Assembly: GCA_964388035.1 (NCBI GenBank)
Contig: CAYLZE010000064.1
Span: forward strand, 1 to 29,640
Length of the DNA stretch: 29,640 nt
Direction of reading: 5' to 3'
From: an uncultured archaeon
GTDB taxonomy: Archaea > Asgardarchaeota > Lokiarchaeia > Sigyniarchaeales > SOKP01
Positions 1 to 9,146 of the stretch are shown piece by piece. The position numbers and the translations under genes are program-made. The notes beneath the pieces are model-generated. The model saw only the letters and a list, made by a program, of their open reading frames with translations. It was not told the origin of the DNA and did not search any database. How positions within the stretch are numbered: position 1 is the first letter of the stretch; every line of letters begins with the position of its first letter.

Positions 1-20
1 CCCAAGAATAATTATTTATC

Positions 21-3000
21 ATGAATAAGATTCCAAATCTTCTTCAAAATTTGCCAAAGGAAGAGCTAAATGTAAAAATTGAAGAAATTTTTGATAACTT
101 GATTGTTGAATTAAAGAATTATCTGAAATTAAGTGTTTTATATCCAAACGTGTATATCTTATTTCATGAAAACAAGAAAAAACCAGAAAATAGCCAAAAT
201 CATATTTTAGATTTAAGCGTGTTAAGAAATGTAAGTCATAATATATTAACTATCGAAATTTTTGATGATTTTAAAGAGTTTTTGCCAATAATACTCCTAA
301 GAGAAGCATATTATTGTTTTGTTCCAAATATCGTAAAAAATTATAATTCGATTAAGTTATTAATAAACCAATTTGTAGAAAGTAATCTGAAAGAATTACC
401 AATTATTGAGCAATGGCAATCTTTTATCCGACCTTTTATCATAAATTATGAAGAAGATAGCCTGAGGTTTATTAGAATTGAAAAGTTCATAAATTTAAAA
501 GAGAGGGAAGAAGGTGAAAATCCTATAGTTTTTTCTCTTGACTTTATTCGGAGAAATGTTTCATCTATTAAAGATAATAAAGATGAATTGTATGACCTCT
601 TATTTAAAGAATTCGTGTTTAAAACCTCAAAATCTTTCAGAAATGATGAATTAATTGAAACCATCAGAATTTTAATTCAGATTTTTTATAGAGTGAAAAA
701 ATATAATGATTTATTAGATTATAGAAAATACTTTCAAAAATTTCAAGAAGAGGGAATCATTCAAACAGATTTAAGTTTACGTAAATTCACGGAAAATATG
801 CGCTGGATTCATCAATATAGTTATATTGCTCCATCATATCAAGTAAATTGGAAAGAGATGGATATGTGCACTATTGCTTGCACTCTAAGATTTAATCCAA
901 TGATTGATAAAAAGAGAATCACTAAATTTATTCAAAACCTCCCTTTTTTTATATGGTCAAGATCATCTGAAATAAGTTTTGCAATTGAGGTATTTGGATG
1001 GTTTAATCTTCCAAGTTGTTATATCCCGGACTTAAAAAATTTTTTGATAAAGTTACAATCTTTAAATTATCTTATAGAAATTAAAAGCATTTTATTTGAG
1101 TCTACCTATAATTTTCTAAATTTAAATTTTTTTAGATCTTTTCATAAGGATGGCACCTTAATTGATAGAAATTACAGAACATACGATAAAAAGTTTGAAA
1201 TTCTATTTGAACTTAAACATAGTGAAACCTTTAATAAAAAAGACCTTACAGTTTTAGATTTTTTAATTTTAGATCGAATTAGATTTTTCTCTATTTCAGG
1301 ATTTAGATTTGTAAGAAGATCTGACACATTAAAAACTTTAAAATCAGATTTAATAAGTGAGATATTAAAACTAAGATCTATAATTGTAGAATTAAAAAAA
1401 AATTTTAGACGTATCACTTCAAATAAGAAAATAAAAGAATTCCTATTAGAGCTTATAAATGTCTATAGAAAATCGGGATTTTATTATCTCGAAGATATTT
1501 TAAATAAGACTAATGAAGTTTTATTTAAATTGGAAGTTCAAATAAATTTAAATCAAAAAATAAGGAATCTTAATGAACTAAAAGATTCTCTTAAAACAGG
1601 GAAACTCTTTCATAAAATTGAAGATTTTCTTCCATTAAAAAATGATGAAGTAAAGAAAATTATCTTTAAAGAATTGCTTCCCCTTTATTTCATTGACAAA
1701 GAAAAATATAAAGAAAAAGTAAAATCTTACCAAATAGTCAATGAAATTATTAATCTATGCAAAAAATCACATATCATTAATTTAGAGGAAATTGAAAAAA
1801 TTGTAGAGGACAATAAACTAATAGTAAAGCTATTTAGAAAAAAAGATGTGAAATTTGAAAAAACTTTTGAGGATTTGAATATTCGTAAAATTTCCATAAA
1901 AACTGTACATGGCATTTTAGATAAATATATTACATCCGAAAATCCCCTAATAAAACCCATTTTAATCAATACAATAACTACGACAAATATTGCTAATTAT
2001 TATATTCAAATGATTATACAATATCGTGATGATGTAATAGACCAAATACATCAAATAAAATTTTTATTCCCAAGGGTCGTATTTAGTATTGGAAGGAACG
2101 TTCTATCAAACCAAAAGCTTATAAATTTGGAATTTTATTTACCTAATTTAAGAAGTGAAGAAAAAGAAATATTAATATCAGTATTAAAAAAAATTTTTGG
2201 AGAACGTTTGATTAAATTAAAACGATATTCTAATGAAAGTATTGACAAATCATTTTCAAGAAAAGAGTTTTATGATTTTGAAAAAAAAGAATTTTTTTAT
2301 ACAAAAGACCTTTTTAATGAATTTCTTAAATTCACAACAGTATTATTTAATATAAAGGTAAATAAATTTAGTGAAAATAAGAATAAGATTTCAAATAGAT
2401 TTTGGCTTCAGAATGTGGGTTTTGATTCCTTAGCGCAGAAGATAGAAGATCGTGTTTCAAAACAAAAAAAAGGATTTGAATTAAATGATTTAAAAGCTTT
2501 AGCTAATTTTCATAAAAATTTAAATGTAAACCTTACAATTAATAAGCAATTCAATGAATTTACAAAAACCTTTTTTTTCCAAAATAATATCTCAAAAATC
2601 AAATTATTACCTAAATTTCAAGCATTTGGTTTAGGGCAATATTATCTTTACATTCGACCTATGGATTTGGATGTGATAGATTATAAACTATTATTACTAA
2701 ATACTTTTCAGAAGGTTCAATATATTGGGGCTATTGACAAATCTAGCTCTTTTTTTATAAAATACATTTTTCCATATAGGAATCCGAATCAATCTTATTT
2801 AAACTGGTTAATTTATTCAAAAAAAATAATAAGCGAATTTTATCTTTTTTTCATAAAAAAAGTATATCAGATGTTTCATTTCGATTATAATCTTACATCT
2901 AAGGGATGGGATCTAGATTTAAATTATTTTAAAGGATATATACAAAAAATCTTATTTAATCCAAGTTTTCAATTTCAAGAAGTTCCATATAAGGATTTTA

Positions 3001-3632
3001 ACTTAGGGGAATTAAAAACAAATGATTTTAAATATGGGAATCCCGAGATTGAAGAAAATATCAATTTAACTGAGATCTTTGATAAAAATTCAATAGATAT
3101 TAAAGAATTAATTTTAGAAAAAAATAATGAAAAATTAAAAAAAATAGAACTTCTTTTAAAAAAAAATTTAATCTTTCCCTATCTAAAAATAAAAAACTTA
3201 GGTATTAAAGAGACACTATATATAATTATTCCCGATTTGAACAATGTTGAGATCTCATTAATTATTCGAATTTTTTCCTTTTTTAATTTTGGGTTTATTT
3301 ATGAGGTAGAAGGAAGTTTTTTTCTTTATGGATTTGAGAAAATGAAAGAAAATCAAGAGGGAGTAATGATAAAGTTATATTTACCTGATTGTGATCTTAG
3401 TGAATTAAAAAGGATCCTAAGTTTGCTATTTGAATATTTAAAAATCGATGATTATATTATAATAAGTGATTTAATAAAGGGGGATAATTTCGTAAAGTCG
3501 ATTTATGGAAATTTGATTAATAATAAATATAATCCCTTGAAAAATTTAATCTGGAGCGAGAATGATAAGAAGTGGTTAAATCATAAGTTGTTTACGGAAA
3601 AGTTTGAGCCCCTTTATCCAAAATTATTTTAA
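21..3632 (+). CDS. Large hypothetical protein (1203 aa), probably several Lrp/AsnC-like (wHTH + RAM/ACT-like) modules in tandem
   Basis: Long uninterrupted ATG..TAA ORF. Recurring Lrp-like segments: LTVLDFLILD (~aa 409), PSYQVNWKEMDM (~271), PKFQAFGLGQYYLYI (~864-878), LLKKNLIFPYLKIKNLGIKETLYIII (~1045-1070). Coding status is secure; the domain call is tentative. Confidence 0.6.
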   Translation: MNKIPNLLQNLPKEELNVKIEEIFDNLIVELKNYLKLSVLYPNVYILFHENKKKPENSQNHILDLSVLRNVSHNILTIEIFDDFKEFLPIILLREAYYCFVPNIVKNYNSIKLLINQFVESNLKELPIIEQWQSFIRPFIINYEEDSLRFIRIEKFINLKEREEGENPIVFSLDFIRRNVSSIKDNKDELYDLLFKEFVFKTSKSFRNDELIETIRILIQIFYRVKKYNDLLDYRKYFQKFQEEGIIQTDLSLRKFTENMRWIHQYSYIAPSYQVNWKEMDMCTIACTLRFNPMIDKKRITKFIQNLPFFIWSRSSEISFAIEVFGWFNLPSCYIPDLKNFLIKLQSLNYLIEIKSILFESTYNFLNLNFFRSFHKDGTLIDRNYRTYDKKFEILFELKHSETFNKKDLTVLDFLILDRIRFFSISGFRFVRRSDTLKTLKSDLISEILKLRSIIVELKKNFRRITSNKKIKEFLLELINVYRKSGFYYLEDILNKTNEVLFKLEVQINLNQKIRNLNELKDSLKTGKLFHKIEDFLPLKNDEVKKIIFKELLPLYFIDKEKYKEKVKSYQIVNEIINLCKKSHIINLEEIEKIVEDNKLIVKLFRKKDVKFEKTFEDLNIRKISIKTVHGILDKYITSENPLIKPILINTITTTNIANYYIQMIIQYRDDVIDQIHQIKFLFPRVVFSIGRNVLSNQKLINLEFYLPNLRSEEKEILISVLKKIFGERLIKLKRYSNESIDKSFSRKEFYDFEKKEFFYTKDLFNEFLKFTTVLFNIKVNKFSENKNKISNRFWLQNVGFDSLAQKIEDRVSKQKKGFELNDLKALANFHKNLNVNLTINKQFNEFTKTFFFQNNISKIKLLPKFQAFGLGQYYLYIRPMDLDVIDYKLLLLNTFQKVQYIGAIDKSSSFFIKYIFPYRNPNQSYLNWLIYSKKIISEFYLFFIKKVYQMFHFDYNLTSKGWDLDLNYFKGYIQKILFNPSFQFQEVPYKDFNLGELKTNDFKYGNPEIEENINLTEIFDKNSIDIKELILEKNNEKLKKIELLLKKNLIFPYLKIKNLGIKETLYIIIPDLNNVEISLIIRIFSFFNFGFIYEVEGSFFLYGFEKMKENQEGVMIKLYLPDCDLSELKRILSLLFEYLKIDDYIIISDLIKGDNFVKSIYGNLINNKYNPLKNLIWSENDKKWLNHKLFTEKFEPLYPKLF

Positions 3633-3665
3633 AAATGAAAAGGGTAATACAATTCTCATTTATAT

Positions 3666-3689
3666 TAATTGGTATCACTCTACCAATTA
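3666..3689. repeat. Perfect 9-bp inverted repeat TAATTGGTA-N6-TACCAATTA (hairpin or operator)
   Basis: Seen directly: arms 3666-3674 and 3681-3689, loop TCACTC. Function unknown. Confidence 0.6.
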
Positions 3690-3706
3690 TTTCATTACTT
3701 AATCTT

Positions 3707-3800
3707 ATGGCATTCCTTCAGCACAACCCGGCTCGTATATCCCGGCAGGGGCTAAACTCAACCCGTAGGAAAGGGTTAATTACAACAACAGGGTGGCCAT
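3707..3800 (-). ncRNA. Candidate structured non-coding RNA of unknown family (three-helix junction)
   Basis: 49/94 nt G+C (52%) within AT-rich DNA. Closing helix ATGGC/GCCAT; hairpin 3758-3764/3773-3779; helix 3717-3722/3751-3756 enclosing CCGG/CCGG. Two helices gain G-U pairs only on the minus strand. Confidence 0.4.
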
Positions 3801-4112
3801 TCTCTTTTTACTCAATTCCATTGGTGTTTAACCATCTTTTTAGCAACTTGTTGGGGCCTTTATATTTAGAACATTCTATTTAACCCACTCTTAAAAAAAA
3901 TTTTAATTTTTTATAAATCAAAATAAATCAAAAAAAATACAAATAAATAAACGTTAATTTGGATTAATTATCAAAATAAACTAAAGAAATTCATTGGGAA
4001 CCTCCATTCAAGAGGACATTAGTTAGTATTTTATGAATATTACTTTTATAAAGAGTTATATAATTTATAACCATCCCAAAAAAATAAAATGAATGATGTT
4101 TTTTCCTAAGTA

Positions 4113-5555
4113 ATGATTATTCATTGCTTTTCTTTTAAAAAATTCGATAATTTATTCAATCCTAAACATATTGCATTTATTGGTGCTTCAGAAAATTCCG
4201 CATTTGGTGCCATGCTATATCTCCCGGCTTTTCAAGATTCCAAATGGAAGGATACGTTTTATCCGGTGAATCCCAAATATGAAAAAATCTTAGATTGGAA
4301 ATGTTATCCATCAGTCTTAGATATTTCTCAACCTTTAGATATTGCATATATCTCACTTAAAACTAATCATATCCCTGAAGTGATTCAAGAATGTGTGGAT
4401 AAAGGAGTACCTTGGATTGTTATTTTTGCATCTGGCTTTTCCGAAACAGGAGATCCCGAAGGAAAAAAATTAGAATTACAGATTAAGGAAATTATTCAAA
4501 ACACACAGACGCGAATAATAGGACCGAATTGTCTTGGTCCTTTCAATGGAAAGGATGGAATGTCTTTTACTTTTACCAATCCCCACGGTATTCCGGGTAA
4601 TGTTTCATTCATGAGCCAATCAGGAGGTCATTTGACACAGTTAATTGATATTGGTTTTAAACGAGATATTCGATTTAGGTATGGAATTTCCTTTGGCAAT
4701 CAAATAGATTTGAATTGCGTGGATTTTCTAAAACACTTTCGAGAGGATCCAGAAACCAAGATCATAGCAGCATATTTGGAATCATTTGGTTCCGCAAAAG
4801 GACAAGATTTTTTCAAGGAATTGAAAAAAACTACGATAAAGAAGCCCGTCATTATATGGAAAGGAGGATATACAAAATTCGGTGAAGTTGCCGCATTTTC
4901 ACATACTGGTGCGATGGCTTCCGATTTGCGCTTATGGAAAGCGATGACCAAACAAACTGGAGCAATTTTAGTTTGGGATAATGAGGAATTTTGGAATACC
5001 ATAAAAACCTTTGAATTATTAATAACTAATCCCCCTAAAGGGCGGAATGTTGGGATTGTAACTCCAGGAGGCGGGTCTTCAGTAAATATGACAGACTTAT
5101 TTGCTACATACAATTTGAAGATTCCCACTCTTACATTAACATCTCAAGAAAGAATTTCCGAAATTCTACCTAAAGAAAATGTTAACGTGAAGAATCCGAT
5201 TGATTTGGGAGCCTCTGGATTTGTAATTGATATATTTTTGCAATGTATTAGCGTGGTGGCTAAAGATCCAAACATTGATATTATAGTATTACCATTATGG
5301 CCACATCACGTATATCCTCACGTTTTTAAACGCATGATCAAAATATTAAGTGAACACTCAAAACCTTTTGCATTTTGCTTGCCAAGTATTGCTGATGATA
5401 TTGAATTAAGCAAAAGGTTTGATAAAGGTCGAGTTTACTTCCATGAAAATCGTGTTTTATATTATTTAACCTTGAGAGAAGCAGCTATAAGTCTCAGTCA
5501 TCTATGTGATTATCGCGAATTTTTGTTGAATCATAATTTCCATGATACTAATTGA
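4113..5555 (+). CDS. Acyl-CoA synthetase (NDP-forming) alpha-type subunit / CoA-binding protein
   Basis: LFNPKHIAFIGAS, YPVNPK, SGFSETG, RIIGPNCLG, SQSGG, GNQIDL, phospho-His motif SHTGAMA, GGGS, NPIDL. No ATP-grasp domain in 480 aa. Exact start uncertain. Confidence 0.88.
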   Translation: MIIHCFSFKKFDNLFNPKHIAFIGASENSAFGAMLYLPAFQDSKWKDTFYPVNPKYEKILDWKCYPSVLDISQPLDIAYISLKTNHIPEVIQECVDKGVPWIVIFASGFSETGDPEGKKLELQIKEIIQNTQTRIIGPNCLGPFNGKDGMSFTFTNPHGIPGNVSFMSQSGGHLTQLIDIGFKRDIRFRYGISFGNQIDLNCVDFLKHFREDPETKIIAAYLESFGSAKGQDFFKELKKTTIKKPVIIWKGGYTKFGEVAAFSHTGAMASDLRLWKAMTKQTGAILVWDNEEFWNTIKTFELLITNPPKGRNVGIVTPGGGSSVNMTDLFATYNLKIPTLTLTSQERISEILPKENVNVKNPIDLGASGFVIDIFLQCISVVAKDPNIDIIVLPLWPHHVYPHVFKRMIKILSEHSKPFAFCLPSIADDIELSKRFDKGRVYFHENRVLYYLTLREAAISLSHLCDYREFLLNHNFHDTN

Positions 5556-5559
5556 ACCG

Positions 5560-5587
5560 AATTAGGATAAAATAAATTAGGATAAAA
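5560..5587. repeat. Two direct copies of AATTAGGATAAAA (period 15)
   Basis: Copies at 5560-5572 and 5575-5587, just after the acyl-CoA synthetase stop codon. Confidence 0.5.
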
Positions 5588-5809
5588 CAAAACTCCTAAA
5601 ATCCTTTAAAATGATAATTCAAGGGTTGAGAAGATAAAATATTCTTTTTTATTTTAAAACAAACCATGACCGTTCCTTGCCTTTATTCACAGAATTCACA
5701 TGGGTTCAAATTGGAATACAAATACCCAAAAAATAATCATAGAAAAATTTACGTTTTTAATAAGAAGAACCTAGAGTTTTTGTTGATATCAAGTGATTTG
5801 ATAAGGCTC

Positions 5810-7945
5810 TTATATTTTAGGTAAAGTATTACTTGGAAATTCATTCCATTCACAGGAGAATATTTCCAGATGGGGTAGATTTAATATTTTTTTAGGAATT
5901 TCTCTTAGTTTGTTGTTATTCAATAGTAATTTCTTGAGATTTCTTGCATTTCCAAGGCATTCTGGTAATGAGTTTAGTTTATTCCCATTTAAGATCAACT
6001 CTTTTAAAGCAGGTAACTTCCCAATTGAAATTGGAAGTTCATTCAGCTGATTTCCCCATAAATTAATATATTCGAGCAAGCGCAAGGAATCTATCTCTGC
6101 AGGTAACTCGTTTAATAAATTGTTATGAAGCTCTATAGTTTTAAGAGACATTAATCTGCAAAACATTTTTGGCAACGTTTCTAAAAAGTTACCGGAAATA
6201 TCCAAGTGCTCTAACTTAGATAGTAATCCCATGCTTTCTGGTATGGTTTTAAGATTATTGTGAGATAGATGAAGTATCTTAAGAGATTTGAGTAAATTAA
6301 TCTGAGTTGGGATCGACTTTATCTTATTATATGATATATCCAAGTATTCAAGTGTTCTTATTAAACAGATTGATTCCGATATGTGTTCTAATCTATTATT
6401 AGCAAGGTAAAGGAATTCCAATTTAATGAGATTTTTTATTGATTTGGGAAGCTCTGTTAAAAAATTATTATTCAAATTTAAGACTTTTAATTCAGTAAGT
6501 TGACCAATATTAATTGGTATCCTTATAATTCTATTAAAATTTAAGCTTAAAAGTTTAAGATGTTTTAAGTTACAGACGGAATCGGGAAGCTCTTTCAGAT
6601 AATTTTTACTTAAGTTTAGATTTTTTAGTAAATGGAGTTCTCCAATCTCTTCTGGTAAAAAAGCCAAGTTATTACTTTCTAAATTCAAAGATTCAAGATT
6701 TGCTAAGGAATTGATTGTCTTAGGCAGTGATTTTAATTTATTGCGAGATAAATTCAAATTCTTGAGAGATGGAAGGAAACCAAATTTATTTGGAAGTTCT
6801 TGTATATAGTTTCCTTCTAGATTCAGTTCCTCTATCTTTTTTAAATTAATGATTGAGTCGGGAAGATTATATATTTTACACGATTTTAAAACTAAGTATT
6901 CCAAAGATTCAAAATATTGTATGAAATCGGGAATAGTAATTAAATGTGACCGCTCCAGAACTAATCCTACTAAAAAGCCTTTTTCTACTTTATATGTTAT
7001 TTTGGGATACTTTTTTTTTAGAAATGCTGATAAATAAAAATTTATCAAGATATTTATCAAATCTGAATTTGGAATTTCCTCTATATCCTTATTTTCCCTG
7101 ATTAACTGTTCGATTCCCTTTATAAATATCTCATCCTTGATCTTTTTAACGTGAGAGAAGAGATCCTTTTTAATCCTCTCTTCATTAGAATAATTAATTG
7201 CTTTTAAAAGTGTTAATTGACAATTGCAGCATATTTCGTTTTGAATGGTCCATTTCAAGGAAAATAATTTTAGAGAATTAAGATCTTTTAAATATCGAAT
7301 TCCGCTTATCTCTGAGAGGTCTAGTAAATCTGATTTTTGACGCCAATTGATTAGAGGAGAATTAATTTCTGAAAAATCTAATTCTTTTATTAATCCCTCT
7401 TTTAGGCCATATTTTAAGTTTTGAAATTTTTTTTCTAGAAAAAATAAAGTAAAATAGTTAATTAAAAGATTAGCTAACCCTTCATTTGAATAATGTGTTA
7501 TTTGGTCTGTTGTGATCAAACCCTCTATACTTTTTCTAAATCCAGAATGGGATATCTCTTGCAAGTATTTCAAAAATAGGTTTTTTACATTTTTAGTGTT
7601 AATTTTTTTTAAAGCTTCGATAATTTTTATTAAACATTCATAACAAGGCTCATTTCTTAAAGCCCATAAGAAAGGAGTTAGATTCTCTCCAGAAAAATTA
7701 GCTATTAAGGCATTAATTGCGGCATATCTCACATTTTCATTAGGATCTGAAATTAGCAGGTTTTCTAAAATCGAGTAAATGTTTGAATCATTTAAATTTA
7801 ATTCGGATAAGCTATTGATTGATCTAATTCTAAAATCTTCATTTTCGCAATTGTTTATCATTGAAATAATAAATTCAATTGCTGAGCTTCTATCTATTTT
7901 TTTGTTTTGAAATAATACAATGATTTCTTCCGGGGTCAAAAACAT
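5810..7945 (-). CDS. Leucine-rich repeat protein with N-terminal HEAT-like repeats (711 aa)
   Basis: HEAT-like LENLLISDPNENVRYAAINAL. About 16 consecutive 23-aa LRRs (LxxLxxLxLxxNxLxxLPxxIxx) fill the C-terminal half. Confidence 0.93.
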   Translation of the reverse strand: MFLTPEEIIVLFQNKKIDRSSAIEFIISMINNCENEDFRIRSINSLSELNLNDSNIYSILENLLISDPNENVRYAAINALIANFSGENLTPFLWALRNEPCYECLIKIIEALKKINTKNVKNLFLKYLQEISHSGFRKSIEGLITTDQITHYSNEGLANLLINYFTLFFLEKKFQNLKYGLKEGLIKELDFSEINSPLINWRQKSDLLDLSEISGIRYLKDLNSLKLFSLKWTIQNEICCNCQLTLLKAINYSNEERIKKDLFSHVKKIKDEIFIKGIEQLIRENKDIEEIPNSDLINILINFYLSAFLKKKYPKITYKVEKGFLVGLVLERSHLITIPDFIQYFESLEYLVLKSCKIYNLPDSIINLKKIEELNLEGNYIQELPNKFGFLPSLKNLNLSRNKLKSLPKTINSLANLESLNLESNNLAFLPEEIGELHLLKNLNLSKNYLKELPDSVCNLKHLKLLSLNFNRIIRIPINIGQLTELKVLNLNNNFLTELPKSIKNLIKLEFLYLANNRLEHISESICLIRTLEYLDISYNKIKSIPTQINLLKSLKILHLSHNNLKTIPESMGLLSKLEHLDISGNFLETLPKMFCRLMSLKTIELHNNLLNELPAEIDSLRLLEYINLWGNQLNELPISIGKLPALKELILNGNKLNSLPECLGNARNLKKLLLNNNKLREIPKKILNLPHLEIFSCEWNEFPSNTLPKI

Positions 7946-8192
7946 TTTTATTAATTTTACTGTTTGAAGTGAGAGTTTCCCTTAAGTTATGTTTTTGAAA
8001 AATCATAAAAAGAAAAGTCTATTTTTTATTAAAAAAAACAATCCTCCTTTTATACTTCAAAATGAAATCTCCACTTTTAACTATAATTTTATATCTTTTG
8101 ATTTACTAATGAATCTCATATATAATATTATCCAATCTATTTAATGAAGTAGAATTTTTAATAATACAGATATTAACAATTAGGTGTAAAAG

Positions 8193-8897
8193 ATGGCTCT
8201 TAGTATCGAAGGTTAGTTGAATGGTTCCACAGCATTAGGGGTGGTAATTATCGATACCATCATTGGGATTTATTCTTTTTATAAATCAAGAAAATTGAAC
8301 GCGAAGCTTTTGGCATATGCTGCTGCAACCGTATTTTTCATTGGATTGCTATGGTTAGGTCCAACAACTGATTTTTTAACCATACTGATAACTCAGGTGA
8401 ATTTAAGTCCAATCTGGCTATATGGAATGTTAAGTTACATGTGGATCGCTCCCGCAGTCTTTTTTGGAATGTATATTTGGGCAGAACTTTTGCTTCCAGA
8501 GAAGAAAAAAGTTGTATTGGTAATTTATTTAATCCTTGGGATTTTATTTGAGATTTTTTTATTCTCAAATTTAGAAGGATCCTTTGATTATACACTACCT
8601 ACCACTCCTGGTGAGGATTTAATTGATACCTCCAACGTGTATGGTTCTCCTACGTTTATATTACTGATAGTGTTTATCTTATCAGTTATCATTTTGAACG
8701 GTATAGGGTTTCTTCGTAAAGCGATGCAATCTACTGGAGTTATCAAAAGAAAATTTGCATACTTGTCATTAGGGTTTATTCTTTTTCCCCTCATTGCGAC
8801 TTTTGATTCTTTGGTTCCTCCTGGTTTAGCTTTACCTTTCGTAAGAATTGGGGTAATCATTAGCACATCTCTCATTTTTATGGGTCTTAGGAGTTAA
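8193..8897 (+). CDS. Polytopic (~7 TM) membrane protein resembling HisKA_7TM-type sensor domains; in-frame TAG at codon 8 (8214-8216)
   Basis: AGGTG SD at 8182-8186, then ATG at 8193 reading M-A-L-S-I-E-G-*-L-N-G-S-T in frame with the 8217..8897 ORF. About seven hydrophobic segments. May be a pseudogene, or may start at TTG 8217. Confidence 0.75.
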
Positions 8898-9146
8898 TTA
8901 AAATTTTTTAATATTTTTTTCTTATTAATTTACTCTTTTTATCATTTTTCTAAATTTAACATTTAAAGAAAGAAACAATAGAAAAATGGGATATTTAATT
9001 AGACTATCCTTAAGAATAAGAAAATTTAAAAAATGTGTTCCTAGTGATTCTATTTCTAAAGGTATGAATTGATAATAAATACAATCTTTTTTTTTGTTTC
9101 AGATATTGAGAAATATGTGAATTATGAAATTAAGACCGCACCACGT

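Noticed and set aside
3700-3810. Resemblance of the structured element to fluoride (ATGGCATTCCT), purine (CTCGTATAT), ykkC, SAM or T-box RNAs, 5S rRNA or tRNA
   Set aside because: Each match is only a short word. The other required conserved elements and their order are missing.
3635-3883. 82-aa ORF starting 2 nt after the giant gene, with a hydrophobic N-terminus
   Set aside because: No recognisable motif, and its GC-rich middle is better explained by RNA structure. Not excluded, but not supportable as a CDS.
5810-8897. LRR protein and divergent 7TM gene as a receptor-signalling pair
   Set aside because: Only adjacency supports it; no kinase, GTPase or other output domain is present.
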